DNA from: Callorhinchus milii
Lineage: Eukaryota
Assembly: GCF_018977255.1 (NCBI RefSeq)
Contig: NW_024704749.1
Span: 18,786,001 to 18,850,000 of the forward strand
Direction of reading: 5' to 3'
Length of the DNA stretch: 64,000 nt
The position numbers and the translations under genes were made by a program. A model generated the notes under the pieces. The model saw nothing but the letters and a program-made list of their open reading frames with translations. It was not told the origin of the DNA and searched no databases. Below are positions 14,131 through 34,989 of this stretch, in pieces. Numbering within the stretch: the stretch's first letter is position 1; the number at the start of each line of letters is the position of its first letter.

Positions 14131-16525
14131 AATTCTAGGAGGAGGGAGAGAGAGAGGTTGGGGGGAGCCTTGGATAGTGATGAGCAAGAGTAGCCAAGAA
14201 AGCTAATGTTAGGTTAATTTTTCAATGTTACATTTGTTTCTAACAAGAAAACTCCCTAGCTATTTCATCAGGCACTGAAAAAGGGCAGTCGGGATGACCT
14301 GCTCCCAGATCTGTGCCAAGTAAATTGGAGACAAGCTGCTATGTGAGAGTTAACTAACACTCAGGTTTACCCCTCCACTACTACCACAATAAACAACAAC
14401 AATTACAATTGTGTAGCGATTTTCATGCCGGGAGGACGTCCCAGGGCGCTGGGAAGCATCTTGCATTTGCTCAGCTCCTTCCATCTCCATCTGGGAACAC
14501 AGGAAATTCTGTGGGTGGGATATCGCAGTGGGATAAGCCAAGTCCTGATGGATACGGCGACACATTGGTTAACGTGCAAAGTGCAGATCAACAGCAATTT
14601 ACAATAAAATAATAATAGTTCTTGCATTCGGTTTAATGCCGCATCATGTCACCATATTGTCTCAAAGCACTTCAGAGTATTTTCCATAAAATGCAGAGAA
14701 CGTGTATTTTGCAAGTGAACGCAGCAGCCATTTTGCACAAACAATATCTCACAAATAGCCATGAAGTGAATGACCAATTTTATCTGAGTAATTGTTAGCC
14801 AAGAGACCAGATGAAACTCCCCTCTCTGTTCAAACAATGTCACAAACAGGCAGCCCAGTCAGTGGTTTAACATTTCATCCAAAGAATGGAACCGCCGACA
14901 ATACAGCACTGGAGTGTCAGCCTGGACTATGAGCTCAAAGTCCCAAAGTGAGCTTTGAACTCACAACCTTCTAAACGCAAAGGAGAGAGAGCTATCAACT
15001 GATCCAGGCAGTTAATTTTGCAGTTAAATACAAGAATCACGATTACAAACAATGGCTAAAAACGTAAAATGTTACCAAACAGTTCCGATTTAACGTCACT
15101 TGCGGGGAGTAAGGTGTCTGATAACTGCTATCCCGATGAATTGCATCTTTATTTTGTGAAGCTTGTTTATGATTTTAAGGTTGCAAGTGATCACCTAGTC
15201 ACTGAATTCTCTAGCAATGTTGACGATATGAATTATAAGCAATGATAGCTGTAGATCACTGGCAATTGCATTGCATACCAGCCTAAATAATGACAATGTG
15301 AGATGGACTGGCTGATCAGCATGTCAAACCACCAGAAAATTAAGGATGTTGAGCTGCTGAATGTTGCATTGGGGCCCGGATGCCAATTTGCAGCAATTCC
15401 CTGATCAGACCTCATACCCTGAGCTCCACTTGGTAAAACACAGTGCAAAATCTGCCGGGGTCAATGTCGGGCAGCATTGAGCAACCACTTGTGCCATTGC
15501 TATCCTAACCATGGGCTGGAATGCAGGATTTTTTTGGGGGGTCAGCTGGCTGTCTGACACATGCGAAAACCCATCACCGTGCTTACGAGTATCCTAACCA
15601 AACTGAGAATTCCATGCATCCCACCTACATATGGAAATTTCAGAGATAGATTGTTGGAATTGAATGCGCACTCTCTCCCTGTAATAACACATCCTGCTTA
15701 CCTAATCCTGGACAGTATTAGGCGCAGGTTGGCAAGAGCCAACTCCTGGAGCCTAACCAACAAAGACTGCCCCCTTCAATATCCCTAATCAGTGTCACAT
15801 GTGGTCAAAAAGCAGTGATCGGGGTCCAAATATTACTAACAGCGCTTTCTGAAAAGCTGACTTTTGCTTATCTTAATCATTGGAAGTGAACAGTTACAAC
15901 AAGGCCTTTTTTCCCTGAACCACAAGGATGATTTCCCTGAAAATGGCAGGACTCACATAATGCCACAAGATCAACATACTTTGTTAAAAAATTTACCACC
16001 TAAAAATATATCATGACATCCCATCCCTATTAATAGTGCAAGTAAACCCCTGGCACAGCCTCTTGGCTGCGAACTTTTACCTAACGCAATCGTAACTAAC
16101 TCCAGCTGGGAAAACACATAGGGAACACTTTACAGTTCTGTTGTATTACTGCATTCTTCCTTTCCCTCTTCTCTTCGTAACTGCAGAGCAAGATGGAGCA
16201 ATAGCTGGTCAAGAGGCTGGTTGCTGCCATGGGAGCTGTTTGAATGTTAGAAACATATACAAAATCCTCTGTCCTGCCAGCTTCATTCTCTTCCTGAGTA
16301 CTTCGCATTTTCGTGCTTTAAGTCCAGTAACAGGGTCCAGAAAAAACAGCAGTCAGCTTGCATTGCGTAAAGAAAGCCACTCCATTATAAAGCAGCACTT
16401 CAGGACAGCACCAAGACAAAATGTCTGTTTAATCCAAAATCTCCCTCTAAGGTTGTCCAAGGAGGCTTTAGTGCTTGGCAGTCCGTCAGCTGAATGGAAA
16501 GTGTGCGTTGAACTTGTTAAAACGA

Positions 16526-16933
16526 TCAGTTGACTCTGCAAGCTCTAATCATCAACAGCTGGAGGAGGATGAAGATTGGTGACATGATGAGTCCATACCA
16601 TAGCTGCGGACTTGGATCCACCAGCTTCTGACACAGTAACATCTCAAAGACAAACTTCAGACTGAGGACAGTCAAGATCCAAAAGAGACGCATCACTGCC
16701 AGACGCTTCTCTCCATCCTGGAACAGGCGGATGGACACGATCATGGTGAAATAGGTGCTGAGGCCGTCGGCTGTGAACAGGGGGATGAAGACATACCACC
16801 AGGCCAGCAATGGCACAAAGTCCACCTTTATAGCGAGGAGAATGGAGAACACCAGGAATGCCATGAGATGCATCAGCATTTCAAAGGTGGCAAAGCCCAG
16901 CCACTGCACCAGCTCACGGAGCGAGAACAGCAT
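16526..16933 (-). CDS. TMEM203: Transmembrane protein 203, single coding exon, 135 aa
   Basis: ORF MLFSLRELVQWLGFATFE...GLSTYFTMIVSIRLFQDGEKRLAV...LLQLLMIRACRVN matches vertebrate TMEM203. A likely 5' UTR intron runs from donor ccg|gtaagt (18442/18441) to acceptor tttttcag| (17083/17082). Confidence 0.97.
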   Translation of the reverse strand: MLFSLRELVQWLGFATFEMLMHLMAFLVFSILLAIKVDFVPLLAWWYVFIPLFTADGLSTYFTMIVSIRLFQDGEKRLAVMRLFWILTVLSLKFVFEMLLCQKLVDPSPQLWYGLIMSPIFILLQLLMIRACRVN

Positions 16934-17573
16934 GTTGGCCCAATAGGGAGACTGGCTCCGAAACTGGCAGCCTCAATCAATTCTACAGCCTCTAGAAGAT
17001 GATTCCTCAGTCAGTGACCCTTAGACATTCAGCGACAAGCGAATAAAACTCTGTGGGGTCCACAGGCACAGGGGTACGACTTCTGAAAAATAAAAAACAT
17101 TCGGCAAATAGCTCGCTAACGGATCAAATTCAAAATCTTCATGCTTACTTTCAAATCCCTCAACAGCCCCACCTCACTTTCCCTCTGTGACTTCCTCTGA
17201 CCCTACTGCCCTGTCTGCCTGCTTTCCTCCACTCAGAAAACTGTTTCAGTTCCACGTCCCCCAGCCCTTTCACCCCACCATCAGTGAACAAGCCTCCAGG
17301 CACTCTTTCTCCACTTTTTTCCCACATTCAAAACCCACCTTAAGGCCTAATTCTTTGACCTCACTTTGGACCACCTTCCTTTTCCCTCCTCAACTCCCCC
17401 ATACCCAGATCGGGCTGCCGATCAGCCGTGTAAATCACTTTAACTAAGCGCTCTGAGACGCTGCCCCATATGAACATCCCTATATAAATGCAAGTTCTTG
17501 TTGTTATTAGATCTCTCTGTACATATTATCACAATAATGTACATTATTCAAATACTATGCCCATCCCTGTGTA

Positions 17574-17884
17574 TAATAATAATCCTTGCATTTGATCTAG
17601 CGCTTTTCACATCTTCTCGACGTCTCAAAGCACTTCACAGAATAGACTGTAAAGTGAATTGACTGTATATTTGTGGGTGAAACGCAGCAGCCAATTGCGC
17701 ACAGCAATGTCCCACAAACAGTCGTGGATTGAAAATGACCAATTTATTATTGTTTTTGGAGGGATTATTATTACGTGTGTGGAGTAAGGAAACTTGTCCA
17801 AGGTTTGGCCCTGACCGGCCTGGAATTGAACCCAGGTGTCTCGCTTGCAAAGCGAGTGCTCTAACCACTGAGCTCCAGGACTCC
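17574..17884 (-). mobile_element. Full-length tRNA-Ala-derived SINE in the TMEM203 5' intron
   Basis: Reverse complement of the same family: GGAGTCCTGGAGCTCAGTGGTTAGAGCACTCGCTTTGCAAGCGAG...ATGCAAGGATTATT. Confidence 0.9.
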
Positions 17885-17929
17885 GTATAATGCAGGATAT
17901 AGTGCACACTCGTACATACTTTACACAGC

Positions 17930-18700
17930 AGAGCACACGGCGCATCCAGACTCTGTTTGCATCTCTTTCCGCGGAATATCACGGCATACAAACAGAGCAC
18001 GGTGGACACGGGCTGTGTTTACGCCTCCCTCCCTCCCTCCCGCCGTGTAATAGTGCAGCACGCGGTACGGTCCGCCGCACGGTACAATGCCGCGTGTCGC
18101 TCGCGAGACGCACGGTCAAGCGGCTTTGCGGTGCGTCGCGGGAAGCGCTTCGAGACGCCTCGGAAGACGTGATAAGGCGCTGTATCAAATGCAGAAGATT
18201 ATTATTAGGATTATTATTAGGATTATTATTAGGATTATTATTATTAGATCAAAGGCCGGGATTATGACGGTGATCAGTCGGCAAAGACGGGCTGTGTTTA
18301 CACCCCCCCCCCCCACGCCCTGTGGCTGTTGCGCCTGTGTTGAGGGGCCCAACCCCCCGCCCCGCCCTGCCCCGCCCCGGGGACGGTGGCTCTGGCCAGG
18401 CGGCGGGCGGGCGGGAGCCGGTTTGCCGACCAGACACTTACCGGCGGCTCCCGGTGGAGACCAGGCGGCGGGACACCAGCATCGCCATCCACAGGGCACT
18501 GCGCAGCCGCACTGCACGCGGCGGGGGAGGGGGGGCGGGGGGAAAGGGGTCATCGCGCAGCCGCACTGGGGCACCGCGCAACACGCCTTACGGCAGCTGT
18601 GCCGCGTCGTAAAGACGGCCGCGGGTTGGAGTTCCGGGGAAGCCGCTCCCGGGGGTCAGAGCGACGCGGAGTGCGGCGGTCACCACAACTGCAGTGTGTG
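17930..18700. promoter_or_regulatory. CpG-island bidirectional promoter for TMEM203 (-) and NDOR1 (+)
   Basis: CpG-dense block between head-to-head genes; GC boxes at about 18355-18380 and 18530-18542; ETS-like ttccgg near 18632; minus-strand donor at 18441 and plus-strand GTGAGT donors from about 18698. Confidence 0.8.
18060..18247 (+). mobile_element. GC-converted SINE 3' half inside the CpG island
   Basis: Aligns almost without gaps to the SINE tail (compare 1691-1798); ends in (ATTATTATTAGG)n. Confidence 0.85.
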
Positions 18701-19224
18701 AGTGAGTGTCACTACAGTGAGTGAGTGTCACTACAGCTATAGTGAGTGAGTGTCACTACAGCTATAGTGAGTGAGTGTCACTACAGATATAGTGAGTGTC
18801 ACTACAGCTATAGTGAGTGAGTGTCACTACAGTGAGTGAGTGTCACAACAGCTATAGTGAGTGAGTGTCACTACAGCTACAGTGAGTGAGTGTCACTACA
18901 GCTATAGTGAGTGAGTGTCACTACAGATATAGTGAGTGTCACTACAGCTATAGTGAGTGAGTGTCACTACAGTGAGTGAGTGTCACTACAGCTATAGTGA
19001 GTGAGTGTCACTGCAGCTATCGTGAGTGAGTGAGTATTACTATAGTGAGTGAGTGTCACCACAGCTATAGTGAGTGAGTGTCACTACAGTGAGTGAGTGT
19101 CACTACAGCTATAGTGAGTGAGTGTCACTACAGTGAGTGAGTGTCACTACAGCTACAGTGAGTGAGTGTCACTACAGCTTTAGTGAGTGAGTGTCACTGC
19201 AGCTATAGTGAGTGAGTGTCACTA
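18698..19224 (+). repeat. Minisatellite, left block (25-bp unit GTGAGTGAGTGTCACTACAGCTATA, with 19-bp and 21-bp variants)
   Basis: Directly visible tandem array of roughly 20 units. Confidence 0.97.
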
Positions 19225-20976
19225 TTTTTTTAAGGGAATGGGAATAGAGCCAGAGGAGAGGGACAGGTTGACGATGTTGTGATATGTGGGGCAAGGAGGT
19301 GGGAGAGGTACGACCTAAACCACTCAAGGACAGGGCCTTGAAGGTTCAGGTGGGAGGACAAGCGGTGGAGGAGGATAGAGTGGTCGACCGTATCGAATGC
19401 TGCCGATAGGTCGAGGAGGACGAGGAGGCAGAGGGAGCCCTGGTCACAGATGGTCAGGATGTCATTGGTGACCTTGACCTAGCGTCGCAGCTATCAAGCT
19501 ACCGGCCCATCTCCAACCTCCCCTTCCTATCCAAGGTCCTGGAACGAGTTGTCGCCTCCCAGCTGCGCTCTTTCCTCTCCAACCATTCACTATTCGAACC
19601 CCTTCAATCGGGTTTCCGTGCTGCCCATAGCACAGAAACCGCCCTGGTCAAGGTGACCAATGACATCCTGACCATCTGTGACCAGGGCTCCCTCTGACTC
19701 CTCGTCCTCCTCGACCTATCGGCAGCATTCGATACGGTCGACCACACTATCCTCCTCCACCGCCTGTCCTCCCACCTAAACCTTCAAGGCCCTGTCCTTG
19801 AGTGGTTTAGGTCATACCTCTCCCACCGTCTTCACTTTGTCTCCACAAATGGTTTTTCCTCCGGCCCCTGCACTGTCTCGTGCGGTGTCCCTCAAGGCTC
19901 TGTCCTCGGTCCCCTCCTCTTCACCCTCTATATGCTCCCCCTGTGGTGACATCATCCGCAGACATGGGGTTAACTTCCACATGTATGCGGATGACACCTA
20001 ACTGTACCTTTCCTCCTCTACTCTCAACTCCACGACCCCCGATGTCCTGACAGCTGCCTGTCCGACATCGAGTCCTGGACGAGAGATAACTTTCTCCAGT
20101 TCAACGTGCGCAAAACTGAGGCCCTCCTGATTGGCTCACGTCAGCGCCTCCGCACCTCAGGCGCTGACAGCATCAGCATCCAAGGCCACACTCTCCACCT
20201 CTCAAAGCCAGTCAGGAACCTCGGGGTTCTGTTCGACCCTGAGCTGTCCTTTCTTCCCCCATATCCGCGCCACAACTGGCACCGCCTTCCATCACCTCCG
20301 GAACATCGCCAGACTACGGCATTACCTCACCCCTCACGCTGCTGACACACTGGTCCACGCCTTTATCACCTTAAGGCTGGACTATGGGAACTCTCTCCTC
20401 GCCGGCCTTCCCGGCCCTCCCTCCACAAGCTGCAGGTCATTCAGAACTCTGCAGCTCGTGTACTGTCCCGCACCAGACACCGCGACCACATCACTCCCAC
20501 CCTCGCCCTCGCTCGCCTCCACTGGCTCCCCATCCCCCAGAGGATCGAATTCAAGATCCTCACCCTCACCTACAAGGCCATTCACGGTGTCGCTCTCTCC
20601 GACCTACTATCCCCCTACCTACCCACCCGTACCCTCCGTTCCTCTGGCTCCAGTCTGCTCCACATCCCCCGCCCCAACCGCCCTACTATCGGTGGCCGGG
20701 CCTTCAGCCTCTCAGCCCCTAGGCTCTGGAACTCTATCCCCCAGTGCCTTCGCCGCCTCCTCCCTTTCCTCCTTCAAGGCCGGTCTCAAGACCTTTCTCT
20801 TTGACCGTGCCTTCAGCTCTCCTCTCGACTCTCTACCCCCTCCTCGCTCCCTCCCTTCCCTCCCCTCACCCTGACCATTTCCCCCTTGCTCGGGTCCTGA
20901 CCCTACTGTACAGCGCCTTGGGACGTCCTCCCGACGTGAAAGGCGCTCAATAAATGGAATCTTGTTGTTGTTGTTG
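19225..20976 (+). mobile_element. 5'-truncated L2-clade LINE (decayed RT and 3' UTR) with an inverted 5' segment
   Basis: 19481-20000 translates as YRPISNLPFLSKVLERVV...QSGFRAAHSTETALVKVTND...[13 protein letters not shown]...[13 protein letters not shown]...YADDT, with stops and frameshifts. It ends in the GCGCCTTGGGACGTCCTCCCGACGTGAAAGGCGC stem-loop and a (TTG)n tail. 19225-19479 is reverse-oriented L2 sequence. Confidence 0.93.
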
Positions 20977-31261
<10,285 letters not shown>

Positions 31262-31651
31262 TCCTCCTGACAACTGACACCTTGGTGCTGAGGACCAGAC
31301 TGCTTGCACTGCGATACAAACACAAATTGTATTTACATAGCGCCTTTCATGTCGGAAGGATGTCCCAGCACCGTCTGCTTACACTGTGGTACCCACTTAT
31401 GCAGTACAGTTCAAATGCAAGTTGTATGTGGTCTGCTTACACTGTGATACAGACTCATAGATCACTTTAAAAAAATGCTGCTGAACTGGAGAGTCAGAGC
31501 TCCATTGGTGTTCACCCATCAGGTGCTCTCTGTTCAAAATGTAACTGGTCGAGACGTGATATAATTTACAATGGAGCCAAAAATTTCCATCTGAAATGCC
31601 AATTATTAATCGCCAAAACCGCGGACGGTATCGAACATTGCTGTTTCATCA

Positions 31652-31657
31652 AATAAA
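31652..31657 (+). terminator. Probable NDOR1 polyadenylation signal
   Basis: First AATAAA I found after the stop, about 390 nt downstream, followed by GT-rich sequence. Confidence 0.55.
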
Positions 31658-31777
31658 ATACTTGGGAGGAAATTAGCGTCGGTTTGCCAAGTAACTGGTA
31701 CTGTATTTGTCTCGTGTTTCGGGGAAATCGTTGGACATCCGTAAAGGAAAAAAAAAGGAGAGATGTTGAATTTTCTA

Positions 31778-31797
31778 ACGTCGCTAGGTGGCGATAG
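31778..31797 (+). promoter_or_regulatory. Candidate CTCF site
   Basis: ACGTCGCTAGGTGGCGATAG resembles the CTCF core CCACYAGRKGGCR and retains CpGs in an otherwise CpG-poor area. Confidence 0.45.
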
Positions 31798-33387
31798 TGT
31801 TGCAGTCTCTTTTGTTCAAAGTTGCTCCCTGTTCAGGGTGACATTTTACTCGTTGCACATACGGTTGGACCCTCGTCTAACATGGTGGTTGGGTCTATAA
31901 AATCAGCCTCTGTCTGGTAACAGGCCGGTTTCCGAGATGTCCCACAAAGTGAAGGACAATTTTATTTTTGACCGGGGCACTGGGAGTAAATCTCTTCACT
32001 TTTCAAATAGCACCGTAGGCGCTATAACATCCACCTGAACAGGCAGATGGGACCTCACTTTAACGTCTCATCTGAAAGACAGACAGTATCCAAATACTCG
32101 ACAACCCGCTGCTTGTCCAGCTAAGACCCCATCCTACCCAGGGTTAACAGGAGCTGAGTGGGAAGACTCTTTATTTCCCCTGAATATTACAGGGCCTGTA
32201 CGTGGTGTTATTCCTACGGTAGTTAAACCTAACCTAGTTATTTATCCGCATGTATTTCCTGCTAGGGTTTTTCCCACAAATTTTGACAATTATTTCTTTC
32301 TTTCAATGTATTTCCTGGTATTCATTTTCTGGATCTGCTGGATTATTTGCCAAGTATTTATTTTCCCCGATTCGCTAACTACACAGCAAATCCTTCTTTC
32401 ACACCATCCACACTATCCACTCTGTTGAGACCCGTAACAAATTCCATTCTTTCCGTCCTAATCATTTCTCCATTCTGCTTGGTATAAAACATGTAGTCAC
32501 TCAATACACGATTGTTTGTGGAACACTGTTGTGCGCAATTGGCTGCCGTGTTTCAGCCACAAAATCCACACGCCCGGGGTAATAATCTCCCTTCAAAAAA
32601 TAATAATAGTAATAATTTGGGCAGACTGTTTGTATGACACTTCTGTGCTGCCGCGATTTGCCCACAAAGTACACAGTCAACTCACTTTACGGTATATTCT
32701 GTGAAGCGTTGAGATATCGCAATGACATGATGAGGTGCTACATCAAATGCAAGGATTATTATTATTAACTGAGGCTAATCCTGACATCAATCTCTGCTCA
32801 CACATACTGGGGTACGGGAATGGCATACAGCAGTAGGAAAACCCACCTGATTTTTAATCCCCTGAAATCGAAATGCACATTGCTGCACTTCAAGCACTGG
32901 CCTGGCTAAGATCAGTCAACGCAGTACGGATTTTCCAACGCGAAAAGGTGATATATCAAATGCAAGGATTATTATTGCAAATTTATTCTTATTTAAGGCG
33001 TCTCGGAATTTGCTCTCCGTTTTTCAAATTAACCTTATCGGTGTGTATTTTGTTGGGTGGCGGGGAAGGTAAGGGGTCTTCAAATCTAGGCTCCTGTGGT
33101 AATGTGGAGAACTTTATGAGCCTGACGTTGGAGTTTCTAGTGTAAGCACAGAAGTCGCTGGGAACACGCAGCAGGTCAGGCAGCATCCATGGAGAAAGCA
33201 AAAATGAGTTAACGATTCAGGTCAATGACATTTCGTCAGAAATCAAATGCAGAATTATTATTATTATTACCATAAATTCTTTGAATTCTTGAAACGTCTC
33301 GATCTGTTAACCTGTGCATGTCCTTGCCTGGCTTGTGTTTGTGCGATTGCTACGTGTGACCCAGCTCCTGCTCACCAGTGATTTGTA

Positions 33388-33716
33388 GAGTCCGGTGGCT
33401 CAGTGGTTAGAGCACTCGCTTTGCAAGCGAGAGACCTGAGTTCAATTCCAGGCAGAGGGCAAAACCTTGGGCAAGTTTCCTTACTCCACACAGAGCCTAA
33501 TAATAATCCCTCCAAAAAAAAAAAACAAATCAATAATAAATTGATCATTTTCAATCCACGACTGTCTGTGGGACATTGCTGTGCGCAATCGGCTGCCGCG
33601 TTCGCCCACAAATATACAGTCCATTCACTTGACAGTGTGTTCCGTGAAGCGCTTCGGGACGTCCTCCCGACGTGAACAACGCTATATCAAATGCGAGGAT
33701 TATTATTATTATTATT
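33388..33716 (+). mobile_element. Full-length tRNA-Ala-derived SINE with L2-type tail
   Basis: A box GGCTCAGTGG, anticodon arm CTCGC-TTTGCAA-GCGAG (TGC), B box GAGTTCAATTCC, body, stem-loop and (ATT)n tail. Near-identical copies occur elsewhere in the window. Confidence 0.9.
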
Positions 33717-34019
33717 GTGGTTCCCAGTCTCCCAGTTTGCTTGTGTCCTGTGGGGTGGGGGTGGGGGGGGGGTATTTAGGGATAGCTATTGCAAATGGCT
33801 GGGTGTGTGCTTCCCAGCTCAGTGCATGTCCTGATCTTTGCTCCCTCCCCCCCCCCACTGACCCCACAGGACAGTCAGTCAGTGGCTTCTGTCTCAGTGC
33901 TGGAGGTTTTTGCAGAAAATAAAATACACAGAAGGAAGCTTCCGGCTGTCAGTCTGGAGACTGTGTTTCCGGGGCATTTGCATTGCACTGCACTGCCAGA
34001 CTGCTGGTGTCCTCACGGA

Positions 34020-34325
34020 GAGAGGAGCAGAAACAGGAGCAGGAGGAGCAGGAAACAAGAGCAGAAGCAGAAGGAGCAGAAGCAGCAGAAGGAGCAGAAA
34101 CAGGAGCAGCAGAAGTAAAAGCAGAAGCAGGAGCAGAAACAGGAGCAGAAGCAGGAGCAGAAACAGGAGCAGAAACAGGAGCAGGAGCAGAAACAGGAGC
34201 AGAAACAGGAGCAGAAGCAGGAGCAGAAGCAGGAGCAGAAGCAGGAGCAGAAGCAGGAGCAGAAGCAGGAGCAGAAGCAGGAGCAGAAACAGGAGCAGAA
34301 ACAGGAGCAGAAACAGGAGCAGCAG
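34020..34325 (+). repeat. Purine-rich 12-bp tandem repeat (CAGGAGCAGAAR)n
   Basis: Directly visible and nearly T-free on the + strand. It explains the RS-, AGAE-, APAS- and SCFC-repeat pseudo-ORFs. Confidence 0.96.
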
Positions 34326-34678
34326 TTAAGAGGTGAGATCCCAGATCCTGATGCAGAGAGCTGTGCTGAACTGGACCGCAGTGGGACTGGACCTGACTGC
34401 TGCTGTGGGTGCAAACAGTTCGCAGAGAGAGAGAGAGAGAGAGAGAGTGTGGAGTTGGGAATACAGTGTAGCAATTTTTTGTTACGTCTCTGTATATTTT
34501 TGGAGCTGATGAGACATTGCGTTCAGAATACACTGTAACACGTGTTTGCAACAATATTGTGTAGTTCCCCCACACAGTGAGACCTGGAGGGGGTTACAAT
34601 GTGTTCAAAGTAATACACATTGCAACTGACTGCATCGTGCGGTTAACAGAGACTTTGCCAATGAATACCATGTTATTT

Positions 34679-34989
34679 GGAGTCCTGGAGCTCAGGGGTT
34701 AGTGAGAGACCTGAGTTCAATCCCAGACAGAGGGCGATACCTCGGGCGAGTTTCCTTACTCCACCCACAGCCCTAATAATAATAATCCTCCAAAACCAAA
34801 ATCAATAATAAATTGGTCATTTTCAATCTACGACTGTCTGTGGGGCATCGCTGTGCGCAATTGGCTGCCGCGTTCGCCCACAAATATACAGTCAATTCAC
34901 TTTACAGTGCGTTCCGTGAAGCGCTTTGGGACGTCCTCCCGACGTGAAAAGCGCGATATCAAATGCGAGGATTATTATTATTATTATTT
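34679..34989 (+). mobile_element. tRNA-derived SINE with a deletion in the head
   Basis: Same family as 33388-33716 but lacking the anticodon arm. Confidence 0.88.

Noticed and set aside
20131-20874. 247-aa ORF as a host gene
   Set aside because: Frameshifted C-terminal part of L2 ORF2.
33388-33470. tRNA-Ala(TGC) gene
   Set aside because: No proper acceptor stem and it runs directly into a SINE body; the same head recurs at several loci.
33880-33905. CAGTG motifs as a possible iron-responsive element upstream of ALAD
   Set aside because: The flanks do not form the required 5-bp stem with a bulged C.
33910-34575. RS-rich, AGAE-rich and Cys-rich ORFs suggesting an SR protein or antifreeze-like protein
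   Set aside because: All are frames of one 12-bp repeat, start at non-ATG codons and have no RRM or other domain.
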